IMG/VR virus record: IMGVR_UViG_3300037485_001485
Span: 1-64,000 of that record
Reading direction: 5' to 3' (one strand)
Origin: a virus
DNA: 64,000 nucleotides
The translations under genes were made by a program, and so were the position numbers. The notes under the pieces were generated by a model. The model searched no databases, was not told the DNA's origin, and saw nothing but the letters and a program-made list of their open reading frames with translations. The first letter of the stretch is position 1. Each line of letters opens with the position of its first letter. Positions 50,744-60,079 of the stretch are shown here, in pieces.

Positions 50744-51228
50744 TTCTCCTCCTCGCGGCGGTGCTCACCGCGCTCGATTGCAAGTGCCAGGGCGGTGTAG
50801 CCACCTCGCTTGATGTGCCATCCGGCGATGATCGCTGCGTTCCGCTTCCGCTCCTCCCGCCGCGCCTCGTCCAGCAGGGCGGCGAGGGCGGCCCCGATCG
50901 CGCTCCGGATGTCCGCGCGATACTCCCCACCGTCGGCAATGGGACGCCCGATCGCCTCCTCGACGCAGGGGATGATACGCGCGCGCTCCTCCCGAAGCCC
51001 GGCCCGTCGCCCGTGTTCGCGCTCCCGCTCGGCCGTGGCGGCTCGGGTGAGGGCAGCGGCCCGCTCGGCGGCGCGCTCGGCGGCGCGCTCCAACCGCAGC
51101 CGCTCGACCTCTGCGCGGATCTCGGCCAGCGCAGAGAAGGCGTCGTCGCGTGCGGTATTGCTCATCCGGTCGTCGCCGTAAATGCCGTCGTTGATGCGGC
51201 TCTCGATGTCGTCAAGGTCGATAGTCAT
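50740..51228 (-). CDS. Hypothetical early protein ending AIERGEHRREEEK
   Basis: Coupled gene with the shared C-terminal module. Confidence 0.6.
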   Translation of the reverse strand: MTIDLDDIESRINDGIYGDDRMSNTARDDAFSALAEIRAEVERLRLERAAERAAERAAALTRAATAEREREHGRRAGLREERARIIPCVEEAIGRPIADGGEYRADIRSAIGAALAALLDEARREERKRNAAIIAGWHIKRGGYTALALAIERGEHRREEEK

Positions 51229-51509
51229 TTCTCCTCCGCGCGGCGGTGCCCGCCGCGCTCGATTGCAAGTGCCAGGATGGGGTACTCCTCGTCGCGCAAC
51301 CACGTCACCACGGCGGCGCGCTCGCGCTCTGCCTCCGGGTGCAGGGGCATCGGCGTGTCGCCCGTGGTCGTGCCGTCCTCGCAGTCGGGGCAGTTGTGCC
51401 GGTAGCTCGTCGCAAAGCTGAACGCACCCCCTCCATCGTGGTGGATCTTGAGGTTGCCTCCCGTGACGCAGCAGCGCCCCGTGCAGGTCGGGCAGGGTTC
51501 GTCGGTCAT
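51225..51509 (-). CDS. Small Zn-finger-like protein ending AIERGGHRRAEEK
   Basis: CPTC and CPDC. Confidence 0.6.
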   Translation of the reverse strand: MTDEPCPTCTGRCCVTGGNLKIHHDGGGAFSFATSYRHNCPDCEDGTTTGDTPMPLHPEAERERAAVVTWLRDEEYPILALAIERGGHRRAEEK

Positions 51510-51964
51510 TTCGACTCCTCGCGGCGGTGCTCGCCGTTCTCGATGATGTAAATGGCGTAGTCGATGTCGTCAGATGCGTGGGCAGTTTCAGACGTGGCGA
51601 GTGTTTCCCGCAGGAACGCCACCACGACGGCCCGTTCGCGCTTCGCGTCCTCGGCGTTCTCGTTCTCCGCTTTCGCGGCTTCCTCGGCCCACGTCCGCAT
51701 GGTCGCGGCCTCGGTGCGAGCGGCTTCCACCTCCGCGATCAACGCGGCGATGTCGCCGGGGGCGGCGGTGATAAAGTCGGCGTCGGCGTTGGCCTGCGTC
51801 CACCCACGGGCGCTACCCTGCTCCGTCGCGTGACACCGCAGCGGGCCGTGCGCCGACCACGCCTTCGGCCCGAACTCGCCGGCTCCGGGGGCGATTGCGC
51901 CCTTCGTCGGCCACTTTCCCACGACGCGGGCCAGCCGGGCTTTGATCGCGTTGAGGTCGATCAT
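51506..51964 (-). CDS. Ead/Ea22-like early protein ending IENGEHRREESK
   Basis: NADADFITAAPGDIAALIAEVE motif. Confidence 0.6.
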   Translation of the reverse strand: MIDLNAIKARLARVVGKWPTKGAIAPGAGEFGPKAWSAHGPLRCHATEQGSARGWTQANADADFITAAPGDIAALIAEVEAARTEAATMRTWAEEAAKAENENAEDAKRERAVVVAFLRETLATSETAHASDDIDYAIYIIENGEHRREESK

Positions 51965-52218
51965 TCCGTCTCCTCGTTGTAGGGCACGGGCAGACAGACG
52001 ATGACTTGGCCGGCTCCGGTGTGCCAGCACTCCACGTCGGGACGCGGGGCCTCGCAGGGCGTCCAAGACACCGGGGCAAGCGCGGAGCGTGCCGGGGCGG
52101 CCTCGGTGGCGCCAGCCTGTACCAAGATCGCGCCGATGCCGGCGCAGGCGGCGGCGCTCGCGACGGCGAGGAGGGTGGCGAGGATGACTCCGAAGATATG
52201 ATCGTTTGAACTGCTCAT
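51961..52218 (-). CDS. Small membrane/secreted protein
   Basis: N-terminal hydrophobic segment. Confidence 0.5.
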   Translation of the reverse strand: MSSSNDHIFGVILATLLAVASAAACAGIGAILVQAGATEAAPARSALAPVSWTPCEAPRPDVECWHTGAGQVIVCLPVPYNEETE

Positions 52219-52697
52219 TCCTTCTCCTCGCGGCGGTGCTCGCCGCGTTCGATGGCGGACGCGAAATCGTCGAGTCGTGCCCCACGCACGAACGCCACCA
52301 CGGCGGCGCGCTCGGCGGCGACCTCGGCCCGCGCCTCATCACGCTCCCGCTCGGCACGCTCGATGTCGCTGTGGTCGTTGTAGTCGGCCCGAAGCTGGCT
52401 CACGTCGTCCACCGCGCGCCGCCACAGGTGGACCCACCCGCTCTCCAGGGTGTTGCCGTCGGTGTCGGTGCCGGTGAGAATAGCGCACTCGGCCAGCATC
52501 CGGCGGGCGTCGTCGCGCGCGGCTCGCTCGGCGGCGACCTCGGAGCGCAGGGCGCACACGGCCGCCCAAGCGGCGCGGTGGGCCTCGGACCCGCCTTCGC
52601 GCGCCTCGGCGGGCATCTCGCCCCGGCAGACGGCGGCGATGTCGGAGAGGAGATCGTCGGCGGCGTGAGCGCGGTGGCGCCACTCGTCATGGATCAT
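52215..52697 (-). CDS. Hypothetical early protein ending AIERGEHRREEKE
   Basis: Behind the promoter at 52732-52760. Confidence 0.6.
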   Translation of the reverse strand: MIHDEWRHRAHAADDLLSDIAAVCRGEMPAEAREGGSEAHRAAWAAVCALRSEVAAERAARDDARRMLAECAILTGTDTDGNTLESGWVHLWRRAVDDVSQLRADYNDHSDIERAERERDEARAEVAAERAAVVAFVRGARLDDFASAIERGEHRREEKE

Positions 52698-52731
52698 TTC
52701 GGGCTCCGGGGTGACGGACGTTGCGCGAAAG

Positions 52732-52760
52732 AGCATAGCGCGAGCCTTGCCAGCCGGCAA
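52732..52760 (-). promoter_or_regulatory. Promoter-family copy
   Basis: TTGCCG-GCTGGCAAGG(17 nt)-TATGCT. Confidence 0.55.
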
Positions 52761-52843
52761 CGTGCGGAGTGTTCTCATATAGCGATTATTGCCACTCGGC
52801 AAAAGCGGCGGGGTCGGTTACCCGTCCCGGCGAGGCAACACAC

Positions 52844-54019
52844 ATGATCAGTGAGAAGGAAGCGGCCTGGGCCATCCCGCCGCAGGGTTGGGTACGCGAC
52901 TACATCGAGCACGCCGTGCTCCAGACGACGAGCCCGCTGGGCTACCATCTCGCGACGGCGCTCGCCGTCCTCGCGACGACGTGCCCCACCGACTACGGGA
53001 TGCGCTACGCGGGGACGATGCGCCCCAACTTCTACGCCCTGCTCGTCGGGCGTTCGGGCGAAGACCAGAAGAGCACGGCGCTGGGCATCGGGCGCGACAT
53101 CCTCTTCGCGGCGGCGCCGACGCTCATCGGCGAACATCCGGGGAGCTGGGAAGGGCTCGTTGACTCGCTCTCGCGTCAGCCGTCCCAGGTGCTCGTCTAC
53201 TCCGAGTTCGGCAAGTTCCTTTCGCAGGCGCAGAAGGGGTACTTTGAGCCGCTGAAGGCGTTGATGACCGACCTCTGGGACGCGACGCCGCAGCAGCGGG
53301 CGAAGGCGAACGGTCAGTCGATCCGCGTGGACAACCCCCGCCTCTCGATCATGGCGGCGTGCTCGCTGCCCTATCTGGAGCGTCACACCGAAGCCCACGA
53401 TTGGAGCGGCGGCTTCATGGGGCGGTGGGCCGTCATCTACGCTCGGCGCGAGCGCACCGACCCCGACCCCGTCGGCGATCCGTCGCGCATCCCGGAACTG
53501 GCCGCCGGCCTCGTCGCTCGCGCGACGATTCCCCAGGCGGCGGTTTGCTTGGGCCTCGACGCGCAGGCCAAGGCGATGTGGGATGAGTGGTACTACGAAG
53601 TCGAGCGTCGGCCCTTCCCCGACATGATCTCCGGCGCGAAGACCCGCGCCCCGACCATCGCGCGCAAGGTCGCCATGCTCTACGCCTGGGACTTCGGGGC
53701 GGCGACGGGCGGCGCTCCGTTTCACGTCGGCCTCGACGTGCTGGAGCCGGCGCTGCGCTTCGCGGAACTTCACCTTCGGAGCATCGCGGGCCTCGCCGAC
53801 AAGCTCGCCGAGCATCCGGAAGCCGTGACCCGCCGCACGGTGCTGGAGTCGATCCCCGACACCGGGGCGACGCTGGGCCAAGTGCTGCGTACCACGAAGA
53901 TGAAGCGTCGCGGCGTCTCTGAGATCCTCGACGCTCTGGTCCTCGACGGGTCGATCACCCGCGCCTCGCTCGCGGGCGGCGACGCCTTCTTTGAGCGGAT
54001 GGTCGCCAAGGCCCTGTAG
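52844..54019 (+). CDS. DUF3987/YfjI-like P-loop protein (replicative helicase-like)
   Basis: PNFYALLVGRSGEDQKST, SWEGL, SEF, DLWD, GFMGR; C-terminal wHTH-like region. Confidence 0.75.
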   Translation: MISEKEAAWAIPPQGWVRDYIEHAVLQTTSPLGYHLATALAVLATTCPTDYGMRYAGTMRPNFYALLVGRSGEDQKSTALGIGRDILFAAAPTLIGEHPGSWEGLVDSLSRQPSQVLVYSEFGKFLSQAQKGYFEPLKALMTDLWDATPQQRAKANGQSIRVDNPRLSIMAACSLPYLERHTEAHDWSGGFMGRWAVIYARRERTDPDPVGDPSRIPELAAGLVARATIPQAAVCLGLDAQAKAMWDEWYYEVERRPFPDMISGAKTRAPTIARKVAMLYAWDFGAATGGAPFHVGLDVLEPALRFAELHLRSIAGLADKLAEHPEAVTRRTVLESIPDTGATLGQVLRTTKMKRRGVSEILDALVLDGSITRASLAGGDAFFERMVAKAL

Positions 54020-54040
54020 ACGGCCGCCAGCGGCAACGCA

Positions 54041-54074
54041 AAAGGGGCATCGGGTTTCGGCCCGGTGCCCCTTT
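54041..54074. terminator. Bidirectional terminator
   Basis: AAAGGGGCATCGGG-TTTCGG-CCCGGTGCCCCTTT. Confidence 0.65.
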
Positions 54075-54093
54075 CGCTTTGTGTGGCGACCCT

Positions 54094-54708
54094 CTACGCG
54101 GCGGTGCGACGGTGCTCGCGGAGGAGACGCTGCATCGTGGTCGGAGCCATCGGCACGGCCTCACCCGGCGCACGGGGGAGCAGGGGCGCCGACGCCGACG
54201 GTGCATCGTCCCCGTAGGCCCAACGGGTGACCACGTCGAGCGGTGCGCGGGGAAGCAGCGCGTAGTCGGCCGTCACACCCGCCGGGGCGGCGAAGAAGGC
54301 GCGATCCGGGAAGGCGCGTTCCTTGGCTTCGGAGTGAACGCGCATCCCCCACGTCATCCCGGCGAGGTCACGGGGTTTCAGATGGCCGGCGATCACCAGC
54401 AACGCGATAGCCGCCACCACGTCCTCCGGCACGTCCACCGCAAGCTCCGACACGATGAGGTCCGGCACCTCCTCTCCCACGCTCGCCGACCACGCGACGT
54501 AGCAGCGCCACGCGGTTCGATGCGGTGAGCGATGGTGCGCCGGCAGGGTGGCTACCCATCCCGCCAGCCCTTCGCTCGTCAGCGGCGCGTGCGCGAGCAT
54601 CCGCCGCACCTGGGTCAGGTAGGTAGAGACGGACGCCGAGGTCAGCCCCCGTTGCGCGACGAGCCACGCGGCGAAGGTCTTCCAGGGTTCGGATCGAGTG
54701 CGGGCCAT
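54094..54708 (-). CDS. Protein with integrase/XerD N-terminal SAM-like domain
   Basis: FAAWLVAQRGLTSASVSTYLTQVRRML; no HxxR/Y catalytic motifs. Confidence 0.55.
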   Translation of the reverse strand: MARTRSEPWKTFAAWLVAQRGLTSASVSTYLTQVRRMLAHAPLTSEGLAGWVATLPAHHRSPHRTAWRCYVAWSASVGEEVPDLIVSELAVDVPEDVVAAIALLVIAGHLKPRDLAGMTWGMRVHSEAKERAFPDRAFFAAPAGVTADYALLPRAPLDVVTRWAYGDDAPSASAPLLPRAPGEAVPMAPTTMQRLLREHRRTAA

Positions 54709-54733
54709 GATGCTCCTGACAGGTGGGAGCTAT

Positions 54734-54762
54734 GGCATAGCCCGCCTGGACACGGGCGGCAA
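54734..54762 (-). promoter_or_regulatory. Promoter-family copy
   Basis: TTGCCG-17nt-TATGCC upstream of 54708. Confidence 0.45.
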
Positions 54763-54797
54763 GCGTTGACGGTGCTCTCCCCGGTGCTGAAGGCGTG

Positions 54798-54877
54798 GAA
54801 ACGAAACTCCGGAGTTTGGGGAGCGCCGAAACGAAACTCCGGAGTTGGAGGGGGTCCGAAACGAAACTCCGGAGTTT
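54798..54877. repeat. Three 30-bp-period direct repeats with palindromic core (iteron-like)
   Basis: GAAACGAAACTCCGGAGTT at 54798, 54828, 54858; core AAACTCCGGAGTTT is a palindrome. Confidence 0.9.
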
Positions 54878-54879
54878 GG

Positions 54880-55300
54880 TGAGCCATACCTAATAGGGAT
54901 AGGGGCATAGCTATCACTTTTTATCTCTCTCTCTATACTCACTTTCCTAATAGGGCATAGCGGCTATGACTTTGGCATCCTGAGTAGGGGTTCTCGGGGC
55001 TTCTCCAGGGGTGTAGAAGCACAGTAAAAAAACACGAGCTATGCCCTATCGCTATTAGGAATAGGGCCTCTTTCCTAATAGCGATAGGGGGCTATGCCCC
55101 AGAAAGTGCCTATGTTGGATAGGCGTATGCCCGCTATGTGTTTGAGCCGATAGGGGGCTATCGGGCTATGAAGTGAGCCGAAACAGTCAGGCATAGGGGG
55201 CTATCGGGCTATGACGCATCGCCGTTCTTTCCACAAAGCGCCCTATGACCATGAACCGCCGTCGGGCATAGGGGGCTATCGAACTATCGGCATAGTGGAC
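54880..55300. other. AT-richer non-coding region with iterated motifs; putative replication origin
   Basis: Many GGGCATAG/GGGGCTAT(C/G) copies; 18-bp inverted repeat 55044-55061/55072-55089. Confidence 0.55.
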
Positions 55301-55302
55301 CC

Positions 55303-55330
55303 TTGACGCGCGGCAGGGACGAGCTATTAG
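55303..55330 (+). promoter_or_regulatory. Promoter-family copy
   Basis: TTGACG-16nt-TATTAG; RBS AAGGAG before ATG 55355. Confidence 0.6.
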
Positions 55331-55354
55331 AGGTGGGCAAGCAAGGAGCACCCG

Positions 55355-56746
55355 ATGCCGACCCCCCTCGACCCGACCCCCCCGACCTCCAACGGAGCCC
55401 CCATGACCCCCCCGAGTCACCTCGTCTACATCCCCCTCGACGGCAAGGCCGTCATCCTCCCGTTCCACGATGCCATGCTCGCCTATGCGGAGGCCGGCTT
55501 CACGGGTCGGATCGTCAAGCCCGACGCCCCGCCCGTCGCCCCCGTTGTCCAGACCGATGCCGGGGCCGTCGCCGCTCAGACCCGCAACGTCCGGCACATC
55601 GCCGCGCTCGATTCGCTCGGCTTCGCGTTCCCTGAGCCCTTCTTCGCCGTCGGCACCCCGCTGGTCGCGAGCGGGAAGAGCAAGTTCCGCGCGCTCGCGA
55701 CCGACCACGCGAGCAAGCCGCCCATCGAAGAGGCGGCGCGCGAGGCTGCGGCGGTCATCGCCGCCGAAAAGCGGGCCAACTTCACCGTCGCGCTCCGCGA
55801 TCTGCGGATCACCCCCGAGGGTCAGATCACGCGCGGCAAGGGCGCGATCCCGCTGGAGCCGCTGGCCTGGGAAGCGTTGGTCGGCATGGCGGCGCCCGTG
55901 CTTCCGTCGGCGAAGGCGCTCCTCCGCGTCCTCGATCCCGACCTCCGCGCCGACCTCTGGAACCGGCAGGCGGCGAAGCTGCCCGACACCGTCCGCACCC
56001 AGGTCGGCGTCCGGAGCGTCGGCGGATCGTGGCAGGCGTTCCGCGCCGTGTCCGGCACCTACCCGACGACGGCACAGGCGGATCGTGTCCTGCTGGGAGT
56101 CGCCGAAGCCCTCGCCGGGGAGGGGATGCGCGGGTCCGTCGTCTACGACCCCGCCAGCACCCGCGTCCGCTGGGAAGCGGCGTGGATGGCGCCCCAGGAG
56201 ATCGACCCCCGCGTCGGTGACATCCTCCGCGTCGGCGTCGCCGGCTCGACGGCCGATGCCGCCAACGGCGGGTTCCGGGTGAGCATGGCCGCGACGCGCA
56301 TCCTCTGCGTCAATCTCACCATCGCGGACGCCTACCTCGCGGCCTACCGTCGCGCCCACCGTGGCAACCTCGACGGCGTTGTCGGGGAGATCGCCGCGAC
56401 GATCAAGGCGGTGCCCGAAGCGTTCGCGGCGTTCGCCGCCGATTGGAAGATCACCCGCGCGACGGCCGTGTCGAAGGTCGCCCTGTTCGGCACGACCTAC
56501 AAGGACGTCCCCTCCGCGCTCGCCGCCTTGGTCGAGAAGGGCGAGATCGACGCGGGTGTCGGCCGCGACGCGACCGTCGAAGCCCTGCTGAACGCCTACA
56601 AGGCCGAAGAGGGCGACACGCTGGCCGACCTCCTGAACGCCGTCACCCGCGCCGCGCACGAAGCCGAGTGGTCCGAGTTTAGCCGCGCCGCACTGGAGCA
56701 CCGGGCCGGCGAGTTGATGCCGGTGTTCGCCCGCGCCGCCGCGTAG
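55355..56746 (+). CDS. DUF932-like protein
   Basis: GGFRVSMAATRILCVNL...AHRG and TLADLLNAVTRAAH motifs. Confidence 0.7.
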   Translation: MPTPLDPTPPTSNGAPMTPPSHLVYIPLDGKAVILPFHDAMLAYAEAGFTGRIVKPDAPPVAPVVQTDAGAVAAQTRNVRHIAALDSLGFAFPEPFFAVGTPLVASGKSKFRALATDHASKPPIEEAAREAAAVIAAEKRANFTVALRDLRITPEGQITRGKGAIPLEPLAWEALVGMAAPVLPSAKALLRVLDPDLRADLWNRQAAKLPDTVRTQVGVRSVGGSWQAFRAVSGTYPTTAQADRVLLGVAEALAGEGMRGSVVYDPASTRVRWEAAWMAPQEIDPRVGDILRVGVAGSTADAANGGFRVSMAATRILCVNLTIADAYLAAYRRAHRGNLDGVVGEIAATIKAVPEAFAAFAADWKITRATAVSKVALFGTTYKDVPSALAALVEKGEIDAGVGRDATVEALLNAYKAEEGDTLADLLNAVTRAAHEAEWSEFSRAALEHRAGELMPVFARAAA

Positions 56747-56777
56747 GTTAGGCGGGTCGGGACAGGCTGGCCGTCAG

Positions 56778-56819
56778 AGGGCCACCGGGGCATCGTCCCC
56801 GGTGGCCTTCGCTCTTTTT
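56778..56819 (+). terminator. Intrinsic terminator
   Basis: GGCCACCGGGG-CATCGT-CCCCGGTGGCC then CTCTTTTT. Confidence 0.65.
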
Positions 56820-56849
56820 CCCGTTAGGGTTCCGGGGACTGGAGCCCTC

Positions 56850-57404
56850 ATGCCCACCGCTCGCCGCCGCAACCCCGCAAAGCGCCTCACCCCCGCCGGT
56901 TTCCGGACCTACTTCGCCTACGACCCCGAAGAAGGCCCGAAAAGCGCAGCGCGTACTGCGGCTGAGCGCGCCGTGAGTCACTGGTGGGCTGCGCGGGATG
57001 CCTCGGCCCTCGGGCGAGGAGAATACCTGTTTCGGGGCATCGACGCCGAGAACGCCATCCTGGCCGGCGGGTCGGCGCCGTGGGTCAAGCAGATGGGGAA
57101 TATCCTGAGCGACATTCGCGAGGCCCGAAAGGGCGTTGTCCGCGAGGCTCACGATGAACTTTCGTGGACCGTGGGGAAGGTAGAAAAGCTGTTCGCGCAG
57201 CCGAAGCAGGTGTTTGAGTCCGCGAAGAGCGAGATTGGGAGCGTCTTGGACAACTACCTTGCGTTGGCTCCGTTCGGGGCCAAGGAGAGCGATCCGACCG
57301 TGGCGCGCTCCGCGCAGCTACTCACGATGCTTGAAGCCGCCCTCGCTTCGGCTGCGAAGTCGAACCCCCGTCGCCGTCGCGCCCTCGCTCGCCGTCGTCG
57401 CTAA
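56850..57404 (+). CDS. Hypothetical protein with NP motifs at both ends
   Basis: MPTARRRNP...KSNPRRRR; RBS GGAG. Confidence 0.7.
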   Translation: MPTARRRNPAKRLTPAGFRTYFAYDPEEGPKSAARTAAERAVSHWWAARDASALGRGEYLFRGIDAENAILAGGSAPWVKQMGNILSDIREARKGVVREAHDELSWTVGKVEKLFAQPKQVFESAKSEIGSVLDNYLALAPFGAKESDPTVARSAQLLTMLEAALASAAKSNPRRRRALARRRR

Positions 57405-57426
57405 CCGCTCACCCATCGGAGCCCTC

Positions 57427-57984
57427 ATGCCCCCGAAGAAGTTTTGGTACGTCGGCGCGATGCCCGCCGCGAACGGTCGCGTCCACCCCGACGTCTTTCA
57501 GTCGGTCCAGCACCTCGCCGAAGGGAAGCCCTACGGGGGCTACGTCGCGGTCTTCGGGCCGTACTCCTCCAAGGCCGAAGCCAACGTCGCCGCCGCCGCT
57601 TCGGCCGCGAAGTCGAACCCCCGCCGCCGCCGCAACCCCATTGATCTGGGCGGGATCAACTTGGATAGCGATACCTACGTTGACGACTTCTCGGGAGAGG
57701 AAGTCGAGACGGTGGACGCGCTTTTTGACCGCATTCAGGACGCCCTCCGGGCTGTTCGCGGCTTGAAGATCGTTTCGGGCAGCGGCTCCCTCTCCGACGC
57801 ATACAATGAGGTGGATGTCACTTTCGAGGTACGCTATTCGGGTGCGCTTGCCTTCGACGCTCTGGAAGCCGCCATCGTTGCCGCGTTGGCCTTGCCGAAG
57901 GGGGACACGGTTGCTGTCGAGGAAGATCCGCTGGGCGACGGGTTCGTAGTCACTCTCCGTCTGAGCAAGCGCACCTACCGCTAA
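57427..57984 (+). CDS. Two-module protein joined by KSNPRRRRNP
   Basis: Same GGAGCCCTCATGCCC start context as 56850. Confidence 0.7.
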   Translation: MPPKKFWYVGAMPAANGRVHPDVFQSVQHLAEGKPYGGYVAVFGPYSSKAEANVAAAASAAKSNPRRRRNPIDLGGINLDSDTYVDDFSGEEVETVDALFDRIQDALRAVRGLKIVSGSGSLSDAYNEVDVTFEVRYSGALAFDALEAAIVAALALPKGDTVAVEEDPLGDGFVVTLRLSKRTYR

Positions 57985-58673
57985 CGGCGGCGACGGCGTC
58001 GAGGGTTCGCCTTCGGCGTGACGACGGCCAGCGTCCTCTTCCCGCCGCCGAGCGCGAACAGGAGGACGGCGCCGACGCCCACCGTGGCGAGGGCGGCGAT
58101 CCACCAGTTCCGCCGGAGCGTCGCAGCCCCGCGCTTCGCCGCTCGCTTGCCCGCCGACACGGCGCGACCTCCGACGGCGACGACTTCGCCCGCCGCCGCG
58201 CGAGCGATGTCGGCGAGTTCGACGGTGAGCAACGGTTCGGGGTCAACGGGCGACGACCCCTTCGCGTAGGGCTTCCCTTTCCAGATTTCAAGGTGAAGGT
58301 GCGGTCCCGTCGTGCGACCAGCGCCGGGGATGCCGACGCCGCCACCCGAAACGCCGACCTTCCCGCCGACGGGGAGCACCGTGCCGGGGGTCACGTCGAT
58401 CCGCGAGAGGTGCAGGTAGCGCGACCAGTAGCCGGTGCCGTGATCGACCTCGACGTAGTGCCCGGCGACCGGATGGTCGCGGACGACGGTGCCTACCTGC
58501 CCGGCGGCGATGAGCGTGACCGGCGTACCCACTTCCGTCGGCATGTCGAGGCCGCCGTGGTTCTGCGCCTTGCCGGTCACGGGGTTCGTTCTCGGCCCGA
58601 ACCGCGACGAGAGGTAGCGGGCGCGGAGCGCGCCGTGGATCATCGTCATCGGGGGCAGGGGCCAAGCGAACAT
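57981..58673 (-). CDS. M23 peptidoglycan endopeptidase with C-terminal TM
   Basis: HGGLD, YLHLS, TTGPHLHLE; TM segment; KANPRRRRR. Confidence 0.9.
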   Translation of the reverse strand: MFAWPLPPMTMIHGALRARYLSSRFGPRTNPVTGKAQNHGGLDMPTEVGTPVTLIAAGQVGTVVRDHPVAGHYVEVDHGTGYWSRYLHLSRIDVTPGTVLPVGGKVGVSGGGVGIPGAGRTTGPHLHLEIWKGKPYAKGSSPVDPEPLLTVELADIARAAAGEVVAVGGRAVSAGKRAAKRGAATLRRNWWIAALATVGVGAVLLFALGGGKRTLAVVTPKANPRRRRRR

Positions 58674-59425
58674 TAGCGACTCCGTCGGGGATTCGACTTC
58701 GGGGGAGAGTAGACGACGAACCCTGCCGAGGGGAAGGTCTGCGCGAGGCGTGCCCACACGGCGAGCGCGTCGTTGCTGGTGATCGGGGTGCCGGTGCCGT
58801 AGAACTCCGGGGCCAGCGCAAACCCATCCTTCGCGATCCGGTCAATCATGGCGTAGTAGAGGGCCGATCCCAGCCCCTTGCCCTTCATCTTCGGAAGGAC
58901 GGCGGCGTTGCCGATGACCATCGCCCCCTTCAACGAAGGGTAGTACGCCATCATCGCCTCTAAGTTGGCCGCGCCCGTAGCATCGCGCATCCGGTAGCCC
59001 CCGTCTACCCAGCCCCCCGCGCCGACGCGACCGAGCAGCGCGGACTTCTCCCCAACGTGCCCCGGCTTGTAGGCTGCGGCATCGTAGGAGACAAAGTAGC
59101 GAGGCACGACTGCGGTTTTGCTTCCGGGGACGGGCTCCCACATCCGCGACTGATTCCGATTGACGACAATCTCCGTGTCCACCTTCGGGGTGACGCGCAA
59201 AAGCGTCGGGTGAGGGTGGACCTTCGGCCCCACGTCAAGGTCGTCCAGTTCGTCCACGATGGCCGTAGCGATAGCCTGTGCGACGGGGCCAAAGCCCTCC
59301 CTTTTCGACCCCTGCAACGCCGCGTTCAGCGTCAGGACGCTGGACTGCGAACCCTTCGCGCGCACGACGGCACGCGCGGCCTGCGTGACGGCCGAGATCA
59401 CTTCGTTGCGGGTCATGGTGGCCAT
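58673..59425 (-). CDS. GNAT-like acetyltransferase
   Basis: AVLPKMKGKGLGSALY acetyl-CoA motif, SNDALAVWARL; ends KSNPRRSR. Confidence 0.65.
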   Translation of the reverse strand: MATMTRNEVISAVTQAARAVVRAKGSQSSVLTLNAALQGSKREGFGPVAQAIATAIVDELDDLDVGPKVHPHPTLLRVTPKVDTEIVVNRNQSRMWEPVPGSKTAVVPRYFVSYDAAAYKPGHVGEKSALLGRVGAGGWVDGGYRMRDATGAANLEAMMAYYPSLKGAMVIGNAAVLPKMKGKGLGSALYYAMIDRIAKDGFALAPEFYGTGTPITSNDALAVWARLAQTFPSAGFVVYSPPKSNPRRSR

Positions 59426-60072
59426 CAGCGACTCCGACGAGAGCGACGGTAGCGGGGATTCGACTTCGGGGGAGCGGGGAGCGTCGGGACGCGCTTCGTC
59501 GCGAGCAACGGAAGCAGGACGACGCCGAGGGCGACGGCGACGACGCCGCCGACGATCAGCCACCAGTTCTTCGACTTCTGCTTCACGACGGGGCGCTTCG
59601 TCTTCGGCGCTTCCGGCGGCGCCGGGGTCAGAGACGAGATCGACGGGCCGCCGGGGAGGGTAGAGATGGGGTTGACGACGACGCGCCCGCGCTCGTACAT
59701 CGCCAGCACTCGGACGATCAGATCGCCCGTGCCCCACGACGACGCAAGGATCGTAGCCGCGACTTCACGCGGAGGCGTGTCGGCCTGGAGGAGCGCCACG
59801 ATGGGCGCGTAGCGCGACATCGTCAGCGTTTGCACCGTCGCGTCCACGCCGTCCTGCGGGGTCAGGTAGTTCTGGACCCCAGCGGTGTTCTTCCCGTAAA
59901 GGGTACTGCCCGGCTTCTTCCACGTCGTGTTGAACGGGTTGTAGGTCGCCTTCCCGCCCTCCGTCTGCCGCCATGCGTAGATGAGGGCGAGCGTGTTCCC
60001 GGTGACGGGCGCCCGAACGCCGCGAAGCACGGCTTCGTAGAACGGGGTGTCGGGCAAGCGGGGCAGTTCCAC
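59425..60072 (-). CDS. Lysozyme-like muramidase with C-terminal TM
   Basis: W.QTEGG..YNPFNTT...VQNY....G..AT..TL...RY; TM segment; KSNPRYRRSRR. Confidence 0.6.
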   Translation of the reverse strand: MELPRLPDTPFYEAVLRGVRAPVTGNTLALIYAWRQTEGGKATYNPFNTTWKKPGSTLYGKNTAGVQNYLTPQDGVDATVQTLTMSRYAPIVALLQADTPPREVAATILASSWGTGDLIVRVLAMYERGRVVVNPISTLPGGPSISSLTPAPPEAPKTKRPVVKQKSKNWWLIVGGVVAVALGVVLLPLLATKRVPTLPAPPKSNPRYRRSRRSR

Positions 60073-60079
60073 GGGATCC

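Noticed and set aside
54798-54877. Possible mini-CRISPR array
   Set aside because: Only three 19-bp repeats with 11-bp, mutually similar spacers, and no cas genes seen. It fits iterons better.
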